Source: a virus (taxonomy: Duplodnaviria > Caudoviricetes). Taken from it: 26,972 bases of DNA. Below the pieces are notes generated by a model. It saw only the letters and a list, made by a program, of their open reading frames with translations, searched no databases and was not told the DNA's origin. Every line of letters starts with the position of its first letter. The first letter of the stretch is position 1. Positions 8,629 through 18,023 of the stretch are shown here, in pieces. The stretch covers positions 1 through 26,972 of the IMG/VR virus record IMGVR_UViG_3300025389_000099. One strand, written 5' to 3'. Position numbers and translations under genes: made by a program.

Positions 8629-9093
8629 CTAATGCGCGAGAGAGACGGCTGCGAGCAGGCCGCAGATGATGAAAACAAACAAAAGCAGGAAAGCAGAACC
8701 GTAGACCATGACGTTTTGCATAAGTTCCTCCTGCTCTTTGCGAGCCTTGAGACGAGCAGCAGCCTGTTCCTTCCGTATGCGGGTCGTCTCCTTGAGGATT
8801 TCGTCCCATGCCAGAATACCATATTCCGAGATGAAGGTATTCTTCACCTCCATCATCATATGCTCGACTTCAGCCTTGGCGGTGAAGGCTTCGATGGCTA
8901 TTTGCTCTGCCGACTTTTCGCCAAATAGGCCCGGCTTTGGCGGCTTCGTGGCGATCTTGGTAAGTTGATTGGCGCTATCCAGCAGCGACATCACATCGCT
9001 GAACATCCCCTGCATTTCCTTGCCAACAGATATGCCAGCCTTGATGGCTTCATAACTGCCCTTGGCAAGTGCGAGGATTGTAAGCGGGTCCAT
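8629..9093 (-). CDS. Lysis-cassette membrane protein (C-terminal TM helix)
   Basis: 154 aa, MDPLTILALA start, coiled-coil middle, C-terminal hydrophobic helix; TAATG-coupled to the upstream gene. Confidence 0.7.
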   Translation of the reverse strand: MDPLTILALAKGSYEAIKAGISVGKEMQGMFSDVMSLLDSANQLTKIATKPPKPGLFGEKSAEQIAIEAFTAKAEVEHMMMEVKNTFISEYGILAWDEILKETTRIRKEQAAARLKARKEQEELMQNVMVYGSAFLLLFVFIICGLLAAVSLAH

Positions 9094-9323
9094 TATTTGT
9101 CCTGCTTGGCATCAAGTTTGTCGTAAATGCGTTTGAACATGTCCTCGATGTGGTCCATGCGCTTGTCCATATCATCCTTGAGGACGTAGGTCTTTGGCAT
9201 GTCCGCTTCTATACGATGAAGATCATCTTTTAATGACTTCACCGCTTCCCATAATTGCCGGGCAAACCAGCCTATGGTGCAGAGAACGGCGCTAAGGGCC
9301 AGATTGATGGTTCCTTGGTCCAT
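9093..9323 (-). CDS. Putative holin/antiholin (N-terminal TM plus coiled coil)
   Basis: 76 aa, single N-terminal TM helix and charged tail, first gene of the lysis cassette, AGGAG RBS. Confidence 0.55.
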   Translation of the reverse strand: MDQGTINLALSAVLCTIGWFARQLWEAVKSLKDDLHRIEADMPKTYVLKDDMDKRMDHIEDMFKRIYDKLDAKQDK

Positions 9324-9337
9324 AGCGCCGCCACTCC

Positions 9338-9511
9338 TTATTCAGCCTGCGCAGCCTCTTCAGCGGGCTTGGGAGCCAACTGAGCCTCGGCCTGCGTCTT
9401 GATGGACATGATGATGTCAGCAACGTCCTTGAACGGCATGTCGCCCAAGGCCTTCATCACGATGTTCCAGTTAGCCACTGTCATGGCAATGTTCACGCTT
9501 GTCTGGTCCAT
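9338..9511 (-). CDS. Small hypothetical protein (57 aa)
   Basis: Not in the track. MDQTSVNIAMTVANWNIVMKALGDMPFKDVADIIMSIKTQAEAQ...; fills the gap between flanking genes with phage-like codon usage. Confidence 0.75.
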   Translation of the reverse strand: MDQTSVNIAMTVANWNIVMKALGDMPFKDVADIIMSIKTQAEAQLAPKPAEEAAQAE

Positions 9512-9772
9512 TTATACCCCCTTTACGTTGAACGAGACGCCGTTCAGCGGCGTGTCGCTAGTGATAGCGATAGCACCGACATTTCCGTCTGCATAGTGCT
9601 GTATCTGGGACGAAAGAGCCGCCAACTGCGCCTGCAATTGCTCCAGCGTCGGCTTTGGCTGTACAGGCTCCTGCACAGTGGCGGCATAGGCCAGCGCAGC
9701 CGCCTCTTCCTCTGGCGTGAACTGGATGACCTTTACTTCGCCAGTTTCGACGTTGACTTCGATGCGTTCCAT
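9512..9772 (-). CDS. Putative tail fibre assembly chaperone
   Basis: 86 aa, RIEVNVETGEVKVIQFTPEEEAA...PKPTLEQLQAQLAAL; follows the fibre genes. Confidence 0.55.
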   Translation of the reverse strand: MERIEVNVETGEVKVIQFTPEEEAAALAYAATVQEPVQPKPTLEQLQAQLAALSSQIQHYADGNVGAIAITSDTPLNGVSFNVKGV

Positions 9773-9781
9773 GTGGGCCTC

Positions 9782-10414
9782 TTATTCGTACATTATATTT
9801 ACTGAACCAGCATCAAACGTATCGGTTCCATTTGATGTAGTTATACGAACACGGTCAAGCGTACCAGATAATGTAATTGAACCAGCGGTAAATCGGACAA
9901 CGGCTTCATTTGTTGATGCAAGTGTGCCAGATGCAATCCAAGAATTTCCAGTTTGATTGAAAAGATAAACAGCGCCAGAAATAGCAACACTTGCACTAGA
10001 ACCTTGTCCAATACCAAATCCTGTTGTGTAGTTTACTGTGTTAAAAAATGCGGTTGCTCCTGCGGATGAGTTTGCTCCAGACCCAACATATCCCGTATTT
10101 GTAATACTACCAGCACCTATCTGAATTAAGGGTAAGGCTGTACCGCTTAAACTAACACCAGTAAACATTAAGGTGATGCGTTTCACCCAACTTGGGATGC
10201 TTGTGAAGTCTACAGCAGTACCGCTGGTGGTTGCCACCGACGTGCCGCGCACAATCTTCTGCGTCGATGACCATGTGGAGCCGTCTGTCGTGAAGATAGT
10301 ATTGCCCGCAGTCGTCGGGGCAATGCTGGTGCCAAGCCCGCCGTAGCCGCCAGCAAGGATGCCAGCCGTACTAGCACCCTGCGCCATGACTGATATGTTG
10401 CGAGAGATGGTCAT
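9782..10414 (-). CDS. Short tail fibre/adhesin module
   Basis: 210 aa. C-terminal domain (TTSGT..FTSIPSWVKRIT...LDRVRITTSNGTDTFDAGSVNIMYE) is paralogous to that of the upstream gene. Confidence 0.75.
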   Translation of the reverse strand: MTISRNISVMAQGASTAGILAGGYGGLGTSIAPTTAGNTIFTTDGSTWSSTQKIVRGTSVATTSGTAVDFTSIPSWVKRITLMFTGVSLSGTALPLIQIGAGSITNTGYVGSGANSSAGATAFFNTVNYTTGFGIGQGSSASVAISGAVYLFNQTGNSWIASGTLASTNEAVVRFTAGSITLSGTLDRVRITTSNGTDTFDAGSVNIMYE

Positions 10415-10424
10415 GGGTTATCCC

Positions 10425-11462
10425 TCATTCATATAGGATGTTGACGGAGCCAGCGTCGAACGTGTCGGTGCCGTTGACGGTAGTTAAGACAACCCTGTCC
10501 AGCGCGCCAGAAAGAGCAACGTCACCCGCACCACTCATAATGTAAGTAGTGTTTTCTTTTGCTGTATGGCTAGAAATCCAAATGTTGCCAGAGATAAGAG
10601 TCAAAATCATATGCCCAGAAATTATATCCGCAGCACTGTTCCCATACATAACAAAACCGGCAGTGCTATTTGTAGCCGCTATATTTGGTGAAGCGCTAAC
10701 ACTAACAGCAGTGGCGTTGTATCCAGTTGTGGTAACAGAGCCAGACCCAATTTGGATTAATTTAAGAGATGTGCCGCTTGTTGATACACCATTAAACATT
10801 ATGGTGATACGTTTTACCCAAGAAGGGATGCTGCTAAACGTGATGCTGGTGCCGCTTGTCGTAGCCTGCGATGTACCCTGCACAATCTTCTGGGTGGACG
10901 ACCACGTTGATCCGTCCGTGCTAAATACTACGTTGCCAGCAGTCGTTGGCGCGGCAATGCCTTGAATGCTGGTCGCGCCAGTCCATGCAGCCAACTGTCC
11001 GCTAGAAGGGGTGCCCGTAATCGTCACGCTGCCAGTTATCGAGCCAACAGTAAATGCCACCACATCGACGATGTCGCCCGCCGCTGCCGCCGCAGCCAAC
11101 ACAACAGTCGTCCCAGTTGAAGCCGTGTAATCGGCGCTATTGAGCAGGACACCGTTCACATACACTTGCACATAGTTGACGGTGTATGAGGCTGTGAAGC
11201 TTGTCTGGCCCGCAGTAGCTGTAATCGTGGTACGGGTATAGCTACCACCACCGCCACCGCCGCCCGTCTGGGCGACCCAGTTTGTGATTCCGGTTCCGTC
11301 TGTAGAAAGCACATACCCGCTAGTGCCCCCACTAGTCGGGAGCGTCATCGTCCACGTTCCAGCATTAGCCGCGCCAGTAAGCGTGACCACACCGGAAGAA
11401 CTGCCAGCTAACTGTGTAGCTGGTTGCTGAACGCCGGTAGTGCCAGAAATGGTAGTGGTCTT
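10425..11462 (-). CDS. Tail fibre/adhesin module; expected start codon reads AAG at 11460-11462 (next in-frame start GTG 11390)
   Basis: The frame is open upstream of 11390 (KTTTISGTTGVQQPATQLAGSSSGV...). Contains an ATAGQTSFT...VYVNGVLL...DY repeat and the paralogous C-terminal domain. Confidence 0.7.
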   Translation of the reverse strand, partial: KTTTISGTTGVQQPATQLAGSSSGVVTLTGAANAGTWTMTLPTSGGTSGYVLSTDGTGITNWVAQTGGGGGGGSYTRTTITATAGQTSFTASYTVNYVQVYVNGVLLNSADYTASTGTTVVLAAAAAAGDIVDVVAFTVGSITGSVTITGTPSSGQLAAWTGATSIQGIAAPTTAGNVVFSTDGSTWSSTQKIVQGTSQATTSGTSITFSSIPSWVKRITIMFNGVSTSGTSLKLIQIGSGSVTTTGYNATAVSVSASPNIAATNSTAGFVMYGNSAADIISGHMILTLISGNIWISSHTAKENTTYIMSGAGDVALSGALDRVVLTTVNGTDTFDAGSVNILYE

Positions 11463-11638
11463 TACGGACTCGCGGGTGCAATGGTTAGTTCGCCAGCTTC
11501 AACGAGCCGCATTATCGCGGCATAGTCGGTGTTGGCTGGGTCAATCGGCACGAAGCTCGTCACGCCGTTGATGTCGCAGCGGATGCCGGTGTTGACGCCA
11601 TTGAAGGCTATGTACTGAGCATTTGTATACATGATCAT
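11462..11638 (-). CDS. Small tail fibre chaperone-like protein (58 aa)
   Basis: ATGA-coupled start at 11638; VPIDPANTDY motif typical of small fibre-associated proteins. Confidence 0.65.
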   Translation of the reverse strand: MIMYTNAQYIAFNGVNTGIRCDINGVTSFVPIDPANTDYAAIMRLVEAGELTIAPASP

Positions 11639-12792
11639 AACTCCGCAGTCGCAGTCCAATGTCCCGTAAAGAACGCATTTGTCGTTAATGTGCCTGACGG
11701 CAGCCATGAAGCCCCGGATGAGCCAGTATTGACTGAAACCTGCACTGCAAAATTAGCAGCAGCATCATTATTATAAAAATTACCACTTGCTCCATTGTTC
11801 GGAGAATAAGCAGTAAGCGTTGGCGTTGTTCGCATGGAAACCGGAAAGAAAATTGGAACAACTGGCCTGTTAGTTGATGCTGTAGGGGAAAATGTAGCTA
11901 AAGCACCAACATACGTGGCGGTGCCGGGAACCACATCAATGTTATATGATTTTGAAAAGTACCTCTGGCACTGCGCCAACTGGTCGCTATATATCTGCAT
12001 CTCATAGGGAGTGGCTTTGGTGCCGACTTCTAGTTGGACGCCTGTGATGTAGAAGGTTGCGCCAGAGGTGCCGACTACGGAGACTGCGCCTGTGACGGAA
12101 ACATAATTGCCAGCAGCCCATGCGCCAGCCGTACCATTGTAGGTGCTTCCACATCCAAGTCCAAGACGAAGATCAATTCCCGTGGCGTTATCTGTGGCCC
12201 AAACACCAGTTGTATCACCGGGAACAGTTATGCTGATCGTAGTCCATGTGTTCGCCACCGGAACGCTATAAGTGAATGGATAGCTTCTGGTTTGCGCAGA
12301 ATTTACAAGCGCACCACCAAAGCTACCAGTGAGAGACGAATAAACAAGAAACGACAGCGTGACCGCCTTGGCGCTTGCAGCCCCCCAAGCCAAATCAGCG
12401 GTATTGTAACCCTCGATGAACTGCCTGACGGCAAAATATTCAGTTGAAGATGGCGTATATGCAGACGTAGATGTGACACCAAGATATTTAGTGAACCCAG
12501 CAGGCAATGTTACCGAACCTGCATTCTGCTGGATTGTATATTTTGAAGTTGCGGCATAAATAGCCTGCCATCTATCAACGGTATAAATAAATGTGCCGGA
12601 AGATGTAGCAACGCTCGCTCCAGCATTCCGCTGGTCAATGACCATATTCCCATTGATGATGCGATTGCGTTTGAACGACGAAGACATGGCAACGGTGCCG
12701 CCAGCGGTCGTGTTGGCGTTCGTGTCAAACACAAGGTTTGCGGTCGATGAACCGCCGTCTTGAAGCGTGGTGACTTTGAGGGTGCCAGACAT
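11635..12792 (-). CDS. Tail fibre / receptor-binding protein with carbohydrate-binding-like domain
   Basis: 385 aa with RNRIINGNMVIDQRN, YTVDRW, ITGVQLEVGTKATPYE, LAQCQRYF and MRTTPT motifs. Confidence 0.8.
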   Translation of the reverse strand: MSGTLKVTTLQDGGSSTANLVFDTNANTTAGGTVAMSSSFKRNRIINGNMVIDQRNAGASVATSSGTFIYTVDRWQAIYAATSKYTIQQNAGSVTLPAGFTKYLGVTSTSAYTPSSTEYFAVRQFIEGYNTADLAWGAASAKAVTLSFLVYSSLTGSFGGALVNSAQTRSYPFTYSVPVANTWTTISITVPGDTTGVWATDNATGIDLRLGLGCGSTYNGTAGAWAAGNYVSVTGAVSVVGTSGATFYITGVQLEVGTKATPYEMQIYSDQLAQCQRYFSKSYNIDVVPGTATYVGALATFSPTASTNRPVVPIFFPVSMRTTPTLTAYSPNNGASGNFYNNDAAANFAVQVSVNTGSSGASWLPSGTLTTNAFFTGHWTATAEL

Positions 12793-12802
12793 AGGAGTAT
12801 CC

Positions 12803-13021
12803 TTACGTGCCAGACGTAGACGCTAAAATGTAATAAACAGTGCCGCCAATATTGATGGCGATTTTGTTTGTTACAGTGTTGGTGGTTGACGCAGTGACTG
12901 CGGTGCCCACAACTACGGTGCCTGTCGCCGCAGGGAGAGTGGCGGTGTTTGATCCAGCCACCGCAGGGGGCGAGATAGTGATGCCGCCGGATGTCGAGCC
13001 GTTGAGGACAAGATTACCCAT
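12803..13021 (-). CDS. Small fibre-like protein (72 aa)
   Basis: Start corrected to ATG 13021 (TAATG overlap): MGNLVLNGSTSGGITISPPAVAGSNTATLPAATGT. Confidence 0.7.
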   Translation of the reverse strand: MGNLVLNGSTSGGITISPPAVAGSNTATLPAATGTVVVGTAVTASTTNTVTNKIAINIGGTVYYILASTSGT

Positions 13022-16000
13022 TAGACGATGCTCCAAGTCGAGCCTGACGGCACGGTCACAACTATGCCCCCGGCGATGGTAATTGGCCCAAATGTACCAG
13101 CATTTTGACCAGAAGGAATGCTGTAGTTTGTATTCACCGTCTGACCATTCAGGTAGAAAATCTGATCCGTGCCGCCGCCAGTAGCGCCGCCGCCGATGCT
13201 GCCCCATGCGGTGCCGTTGTAGCCCTCAAATGAGGTGGTGCTGGAGTTGAAACGCAACATACCCGCAGCGCCAGTGGGCTGCTGGCCCGTTGTGCCGACA
13301 GGCAGAAGAATGGCATCAGTTGCCGATACCGCCAACGACACCGCAGGCGATGCAGTGCCGATGCCCAAACGGAAGTTGGTATTGTCCCAGAAGACCTTGG
13401 AGTTGTTCTGGCTGTAGGTGCCAGACGCGCCAGCGAAGACCACGGAGCCGGTTGTGAAGGCGGTGGCGGTGCCAGTGCCGCCATTGGCAACAGGCAGTGT
13501 GCCGGTGACGCCAGCGGTCAGGGAAAGTTGCCCAAAGGCCGGGTTGGATGTTGCCCCGGTAGAGAGCAGGGCATAGCCCGTGGTGCTGGGAGAGGCGAAA
13601 GAAACCGCGCTCGTGCCGCTGCCGAGCAGAACGGCATATTGATTGAGGCTAGTGGCACCTGTACCGCCATTGGCGACCGCCAGTGTCCCAGCCAGTGTGA
13701 CAGCGCCGGTAGTGCCCGTGCTGGGCGTCAGGCCAGTTGTGCCCGCCGAGAAACTGGTCACGCCCGCATTGGCGATAGTAATTGAACCTGAAGCATTGGT
13801 GATCGTGATGCCCGTTCCCTGCGTCAGGGTAGTGCGGGTAAAGCCGGTGCCGTTGCCGATGTCGAGAGCGCCATTGGCTGGGGTGGATGTCAGCCCTGTG
13901 CCGCCGTTAGCAACTGCCAGCGTTCCGGCCACAGTGACAGCGCCGGTAGTTGCCGTTGCAGGCGTCAGGCCCGTGGTGCCAAAGTTGATGGATGAGACGA
14001 GAGTGCTGGACACCGTGGCCCACGATGGCGCGCCGCCAGTATTCCCCACCAGCACCTGACCAGTCGTGCCCGCCGCAGTCACAGCCATCGCAGTGGTGGA
14101 CGCGCCGTAAATGACGCCATATTGCGTCAAAGCCGCTGTTTGGCCTGTTCCGCCATACCCAACCGCAATCGCCGTACCGTTCCATGTGCCGGAGGTAATA
14201 GTGGCGAGCGTGGCGTTGCCGGTGGCTCCGAGCGTGGTGAACGCGCCAGATGAAGGCGTCGTGCCGCCAATAGCCGTGCTGTTAATGGAACCGCCCGTGA
14301 TAGCCACAGCGTTGGCGTTCTGGGTGGACATAGTGCCCAACCCAGTGATGGCGGTGTTTGGGATGGTCGTCGATGCCGTCATGGCAGACGTTCCGTTCCC
14401 GTACACATATCCCGTCAGCGTTGCCGCCCCGGTGCCGCCTTGCGCGACCGCCAATTGCCCCGATGTTACCTGAGATGCCGCAATCGCGATGCTGGCGCTA
14501 GAAGCCGCAGTCAATTGTCCCTGCGCGTTCACGGTAAAGGTGCCGACCGACGACGCCGATCCATACGCGCCAGCAGTGACGGCGGTGTTGGTAATGCTGA
14601 ACTGAGTGCCGGTAAGCGTCAGTCCGGTGCCAGCAGTGTAAGCGCCCGGACCAGCAATCTGCGCAAAAACGATGGCGGTCGTGCCAATCGTAATTGGTAG
14701 ATCAGTCGTCTGCACCCATTGCGTTCCGGCATTCTGAGTGCCAGAAATCACAAAAGTGGTGTCGCCGGGTGCAATTTCGCCCGCTCCAGTGCCGGTCTGG
14801 TCATAGTCGGTAGCGCGTGTCAGCACCCAACCAGCAGCGCCAGAGCCGACGCTGGTGACAGTATAGATGCCGTTATACGCGCCATTGCTCTCGTTCTTGA
14901 CGAGAATGCGCTGCGTTGCAGACGGGTTTGCGCCGTCAATCGCAAGCGTGGCAAATGGCGCGGTTTTGGTGATGGTCGCGCCGACACCTGAAGACCCGTT
15001 GTTGTAAGTAACAGCGCCAAGGTCCGCAGTCGTTGCATAGTTACAGGCAGCGTGATAATTGACGTTGCTGACCGCAGCATCGACATATGCTTTGTTGGTT
15101 ATGTCATTGCTATTGAATGGGGTTGTCGTAATGGTGCCAGTCGTCAGCGTGACGGCATTGATAGTCGTGTTGCTGGCGGCAGTAATTTGACCCTGCGCAT
15201 TGACAGTGAATGTGCCCACCGCAGACTGAGAGCCATAAGAGCCAGCAGAAACAGCCGTATTAGCAATGCTGATCGTGCCGGAAGATGTAATTGGACCGCC
15301 CGTCAGGCCAGTTCCTGTCGCCACTGAAGTGACAGTACCCGCACCAGCAGCAGCCGCCCAAGTGGGATTTGCGCCTGCACCCTGTGTTTGGAGAACCTGC
15401 CCAGATGTACCCGGACCAAGCTGCGTCCAACCGCTGCCGCTGCGGTATAGAATACTACCTTGGGTCGAGCCAGCGGAAGCATCTAAAGCCTGTGAAAGGG
15501 TGGAGCTATACCGAGGGGCAGTCATAACCCCAGAAGTGATATTGTTGGCGTTGGTTGTGTCGATGGTGGCGGACGGTGCCAAGCCCGAAACTTGCAAATA
15601 GGAAATAGCAATCGGGGTGGTAGATGCTGCCGAGAGCTGTCCGCTGGCAAGCACTGTAAAAGTGGTTGAGGTACTGGCAGACCCATACGAGCCAGCAGTC
15701 ACACCAGTTGCAGCAATCTGACTGGAAGGCACAGAAAGCGTCTGCCACGAGGGGGCGGAAGTGCTGCCATTGGAAGTTAAGACTTGGCTATTGGTGCCCG
15801 GCGTTAATGCCTGCCATGCAGATGCGCCGCGATACAACAACGAGCCAACGCCAGTGCCAAAGGTATTCAGTATAGCACTAGGTGTCACATCTGACGGGCT
15901 GGCAGAGCCACCAGTCAAGTTTGCCTTCACCGTCCCAGCCGCCATGTTGGCGAGATAGGTATTGGTAATGTTGCCGGTGGGAAGGAAGATGTTAACAGCG

Positions 16001-16197
16001 CCGGAAGTTGTTGTAGAAGCCAACGGCGAGCTGGCGGTGACAGACGAAATGCCGGGAGCCGGATATAGGGAGTTGATATACGTTGCAATCTGCGAAGTCG
16101 TGAGCCGCACCGACGAGCCGGATTGCACCGCTTCAAGCTGCTCATTGCCACTAAGCGATGTCGCTGGCGTGAGGTTCGGGATTTGTACGACGCTCAT
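13021..16197 (-). CDS. Long tail fibre protein
   Basis: 1058 aa, Gly/Thr/Ala/Ser-rich. Three AG(S/A)YGS..FTV...GQ(L/I)..AS repeats, about five (L/I)xVxxGGTG repeats, a RILVKNE...NGIY...LTRATD module, RLGIGT, GMLRFN...FEGYNG, and C-terminal VTVPSGSTWSIV. Confidence 0.85.
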   Translation of the reverse strand: MSVVQIPNLTPATSLSGNEQLEAVQSGSSVRLTTSQIATYINSLYPAPGISSVTASSPLASTTTSGAVNIFLPTGNITNTYLANMAAGTVKANLTGGSASPSDVTPSAILNTFGTGVGSLLYRGASAWQALTPGTNSQVLTSNGSTSAPSWQTLSVPSSQIAATGVTAGSYGSASTSTTFTVLASGQLSAASTTPIAISYLQVSGLAPSATIDTTNANNITSGVMTAPRYSSTLSQALDASAGSTQGSILYRSGSGWTQLGPGTSGQVLQTQGAGANPTWAAAAGAGTVTSVATGTGLTGGPITSSGTISIANTAVSAGSYGSQSAVGTFTVNAQGQITAASNTTINAVTLTTGTITTTPFNSNDITNKAYVDAAVSNVNYHAACNYATTADLGAVTYNNGSSGVGATITKTAPFATLAIDGANPSATQRILVKNESNGAYNGIYTVTSVGSGAAGWVLTRATDYDQTGTGAGEIAPGDTTFVISGTQNAGTQWVQTTDLPITIGTTAIVFAQIAGPGAYTAGTGLTLTGTQFSITNTAVTAGAYGSASSVGTFTVNAQGQLTAASSASIAIAASQVTSGQLAVAQGGTGAATLTGYVYGNGTSAMTASTTIPNTAITGLGTMSTQNANAVAITGGSINSTAIGGTTPSSGAFTTLGATGNATLATITSGTWNGTAIAVGYGGTGQTAALTQYGVIYGASTTAMAVTAAGTTGQVLVGNTGGAPSWATVSSTLVSSINFGTTGLTPATATTGAVTVAGTLAVANGGTGLTSTPANGALDIGNGTGFTRTTLTQGTGITITNASGSITIANAGVTSFSAGTTGLTPSTGTTGAVTLAGTLAVANGGTGATSLNQYAVLLGSGTSAVSFASPSTTGYALLSTGATSNPAFGQLSLTAGVTGTLPVANGGTGTATAFTTGSVVFAGASGTYSQNNSKVFWDNTNFRLGIGTASPAVSLAVSATDAILLPVGTTGQQPTGAAGMLRFNSSTTSFEGYNGTAWGSIGGGATGGGTDQIFYLNGQTVNTNYSIPSGQNAGTFGPITIAGGIVVTVPSGSTWSIV

Positions 16198-16697
16198 GTC
16201 AGCGGCCCTGTCTTTGGAACGGTCGTGTTAGCATAAGGCAGACCCGGATCATTGTCACCCGGCGCGTTAGGATCAGTGCCCGGTTGAATGTTCAATCCGC
16301 CCGGAGGCTCACCAGTTTGCTGCGTGACACGCACACTATCATTCTGCGTGATGCGGGTATTACCATTGACGACAGGAATGCCCGTAGTCGGATCAACAGT
16401 GTTCTGACCAGATGTGGTGCGGGTGTCCTGTTCAGCAGTGACAAAATCCTGAATGCGCGGGTTTACAATCGGCACTGGATCTGCGGGAACCACAATAGCG
16501 CGAAGCTGCTCTTGAGGATTATCGTAGCATGTATTGCAGACCAACAACCGTAGGTTCTGCATAGATGCACCACGCCAGTCATACTGCCAGCGCAGGTTCA
16601 CATGGTTATAGCGGAAGCCGCAGCGGTCGCATATGGCATGCGCTTGCGGGTTACTGGAGCTTGTTCTAGCTCTTCCTGCTTGCGAGGCGTATCCCAT
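16194..16697 (-). CDS. Conserved zinc-ribbon neck-region protein
   Basis: 167 aa, AICDRCGFRY...LVCNTCYDNPQEQL; translationally coupled on both sides. Confidence 0.7.
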   Translation of the reverse strand: MGYASQAGRARTSSSNPQAHAICDRCGFRYNHVNLRWQYDWRGASMQNLRLLVCNTCYDNPQEQLRAIVVPADPVPIVNPRIQDFVTAEQDTRTTSGQNTVDPTTGIPVVNGNTRITQNDSVRVTQQTGEPPGGLNIQPGTDPNAPGDNDPGLPYANTTVPKTGPLT

Positions 16698-17326
16698 TAT
16701 GCCGCCTCCCCATTTTTCTTACGAAACTCCCTTAGTTTTGCCGCCTCCGACATTTTCCTATGCGTTTCATCACTGAAAGGGGCGCGTTTCTTCCCAGTAA
16801 CCGCTGCTTTTTGGGCGGCTCTAGTAGCTTCGGAAATTCCCCTAACCTTTGCACATTCTCTTATTTTTTCTTTTGTTTCAAAAGAGTGTTTGCGACCCTT
16901 AGAAGCCAAAGATAATTTCTTTTTGGTTTCCTCTGAAGTCACGCGACCCTTGCGTTGAGACGAAAGTTTTTCAAATTCGCCGGGCCTAGCAAATCTTGCC
17001 TTTTGAGATTTTGAAATTTTTTCTCGTGTTTCTTGAGATGGATTTTTTAACCCATCCCCCCCAGCGGTCATATTTGTAAGATTTTCAATTCCATATAATG
17101 CAATGCGATCAATTTCTAAATTGAATGCGGTTCCCTCAGAAAGCTTATCCATAACAATACGAACATCAACGCACATCCCAAGGGATGTAAGCTTTGAAGT
17201 AATTGCCATATGATGGCGGTTCCTCATGCTTTTCATATCCCAAGCGCGCTTATCTTTGCCCTTGCCAACATAAAAGCAAAAGCCTGTATCAGGTCTCCAG
17301 TGTTCATATACATAGAACACATTCAT
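16697..17326 (-). CDS. Free-standing GIY-YIG homing endonuclease with NUMOD3 repeats
   Basis: FYVYEH...FYVGKG...R...E...LTN nuclease motif, then several S.ET(R/K/H).K(I/L/M) repeats. AT-rich; ATGA and TAATG overlaps with neighbours. Confidence 0.85.
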   Translation of the reverse strand: MNVFYVYEHWRPDTGFCFYVGKGKDKRAWDMKSMRNRHHMAITSKLTSLGMCVDVRIVMDKLSEGTAFNLEIDRIALYGIENLTNMTAGGDGLKNPSQETREKISKSQKARFARPGEFEKLSSQRKGRVTSEETKKKLSLASKGRKHSFETKEKIRECAKVRGISEATRAAQKAAVTGKKRAPFSDETHRKMSEAAKLREFRKKNGEAA

Positions 17327-18012
17327 CTGAAATACCCCGATATGATCGGAGAGATAAATTGAGAGGCTTGCTCAATATTCTGAGCAGCGGCGATCGCATA
17401 AGCCTCATCAGCCATCGGCTTTAAGATTGCAATCTTGTCTGGAGCCCAAATGGTTGCAAGACGCTGCGCCAGACCAAATGCGAAAGCTTCCAACCATAGA
17501 TAGGGGATTTCGACGTTCTGGTTATTCGTCAGGTTGGCATCCTGAATTTGGCGAACGCGATAATATTTTAATGAGGTGGTGGTGCCATCCGGCACGGGCC
17601 ACAGCGTCACTGTCGGCGACAACAGGCGGTCGAACCAATAAGTTGTCGTGAAACCCTGCTGCGTTTTGTTTGGATAAGAAGCGTACTCAGTACGGCTGAT
17701 CGGAAGGATCAGGCGGTCGATTGGCTGACCATTGCCGTTGTCAATTTCAATGTAGGCGTCCAGCATGACGACCGTATTAGAGTCCACGCTGTAGGTGGCC
17801 TGCCCAGCAACCAGAGGTGTCGTGATCAGGTCTACTGCCCACAAATTAACTCCTTGATTGGCCCAGCGAGACAGCATCATGTTAGTCGCCATGCGGGCGG
17901 CTTCCATATGCTCTTGCAGCACAGACGTGTTCCTGAGCCCGATGAGGTTGTACGCATATAGCGTAAGCTCGCCGAGGCCCGGATTGTACGAGAATGTGTT
18001 GCTAGTAGCCAT
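17323..18012 (-). CDS. Head-tail connector/adaptor-like protein
   Basis: Start ATG 18012 after AGGAG. Motifs WANQGVNLW, ISRTEYASYPNK, LWPVPD, YYRVRQIQDA. Confidence 0.65.
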   Translation of the reverse strand: MATSNTFSYNPGLGELTLYAYNLIGLRNTSVLQEHMEAARMATNMMLSRWANQGVNLWAVDLITTPLVAGQATYSVDSNTVVMLDAYIEIDNGNGQPIDRLILPISRTEYASYPNKTQQGFTTTYWFDRLLSPTVTLWPVPDGTTTSLKYYRVRQIQDANLTNNQNVEIPYLWLEAFAFGLAQRLATIWAPDKIAILKPMADEAYAIAAAQNIEQASQFISPIISGYFR

Positions 18013-18023
18013 TGCCACTCCTA

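Noticed and set aside
7498-8631. Genome-wide TAG reassignment
   Set aside because: Only one in-frame TAG was found. Reading through the TAGs at 7842 and 8629 gives short, implausible extensions, so they behave as true stops.
9782-10960. Possible DGR template/variable repeat pair
   Set aside because: Differences between the paralogous tips are largely synonymous third-position changes rather than adenine-specific, both copies are coding, and no reverse transcriptase is present in the window.
13480-15720. Repeats within the long fibre gene as a CRISPR-like or mobile array
   Set aside because: They are degenerate in-frame protein repeats typical of fibre shafts. The VxxGGTG repeats are also distinct from the basic GG motif.
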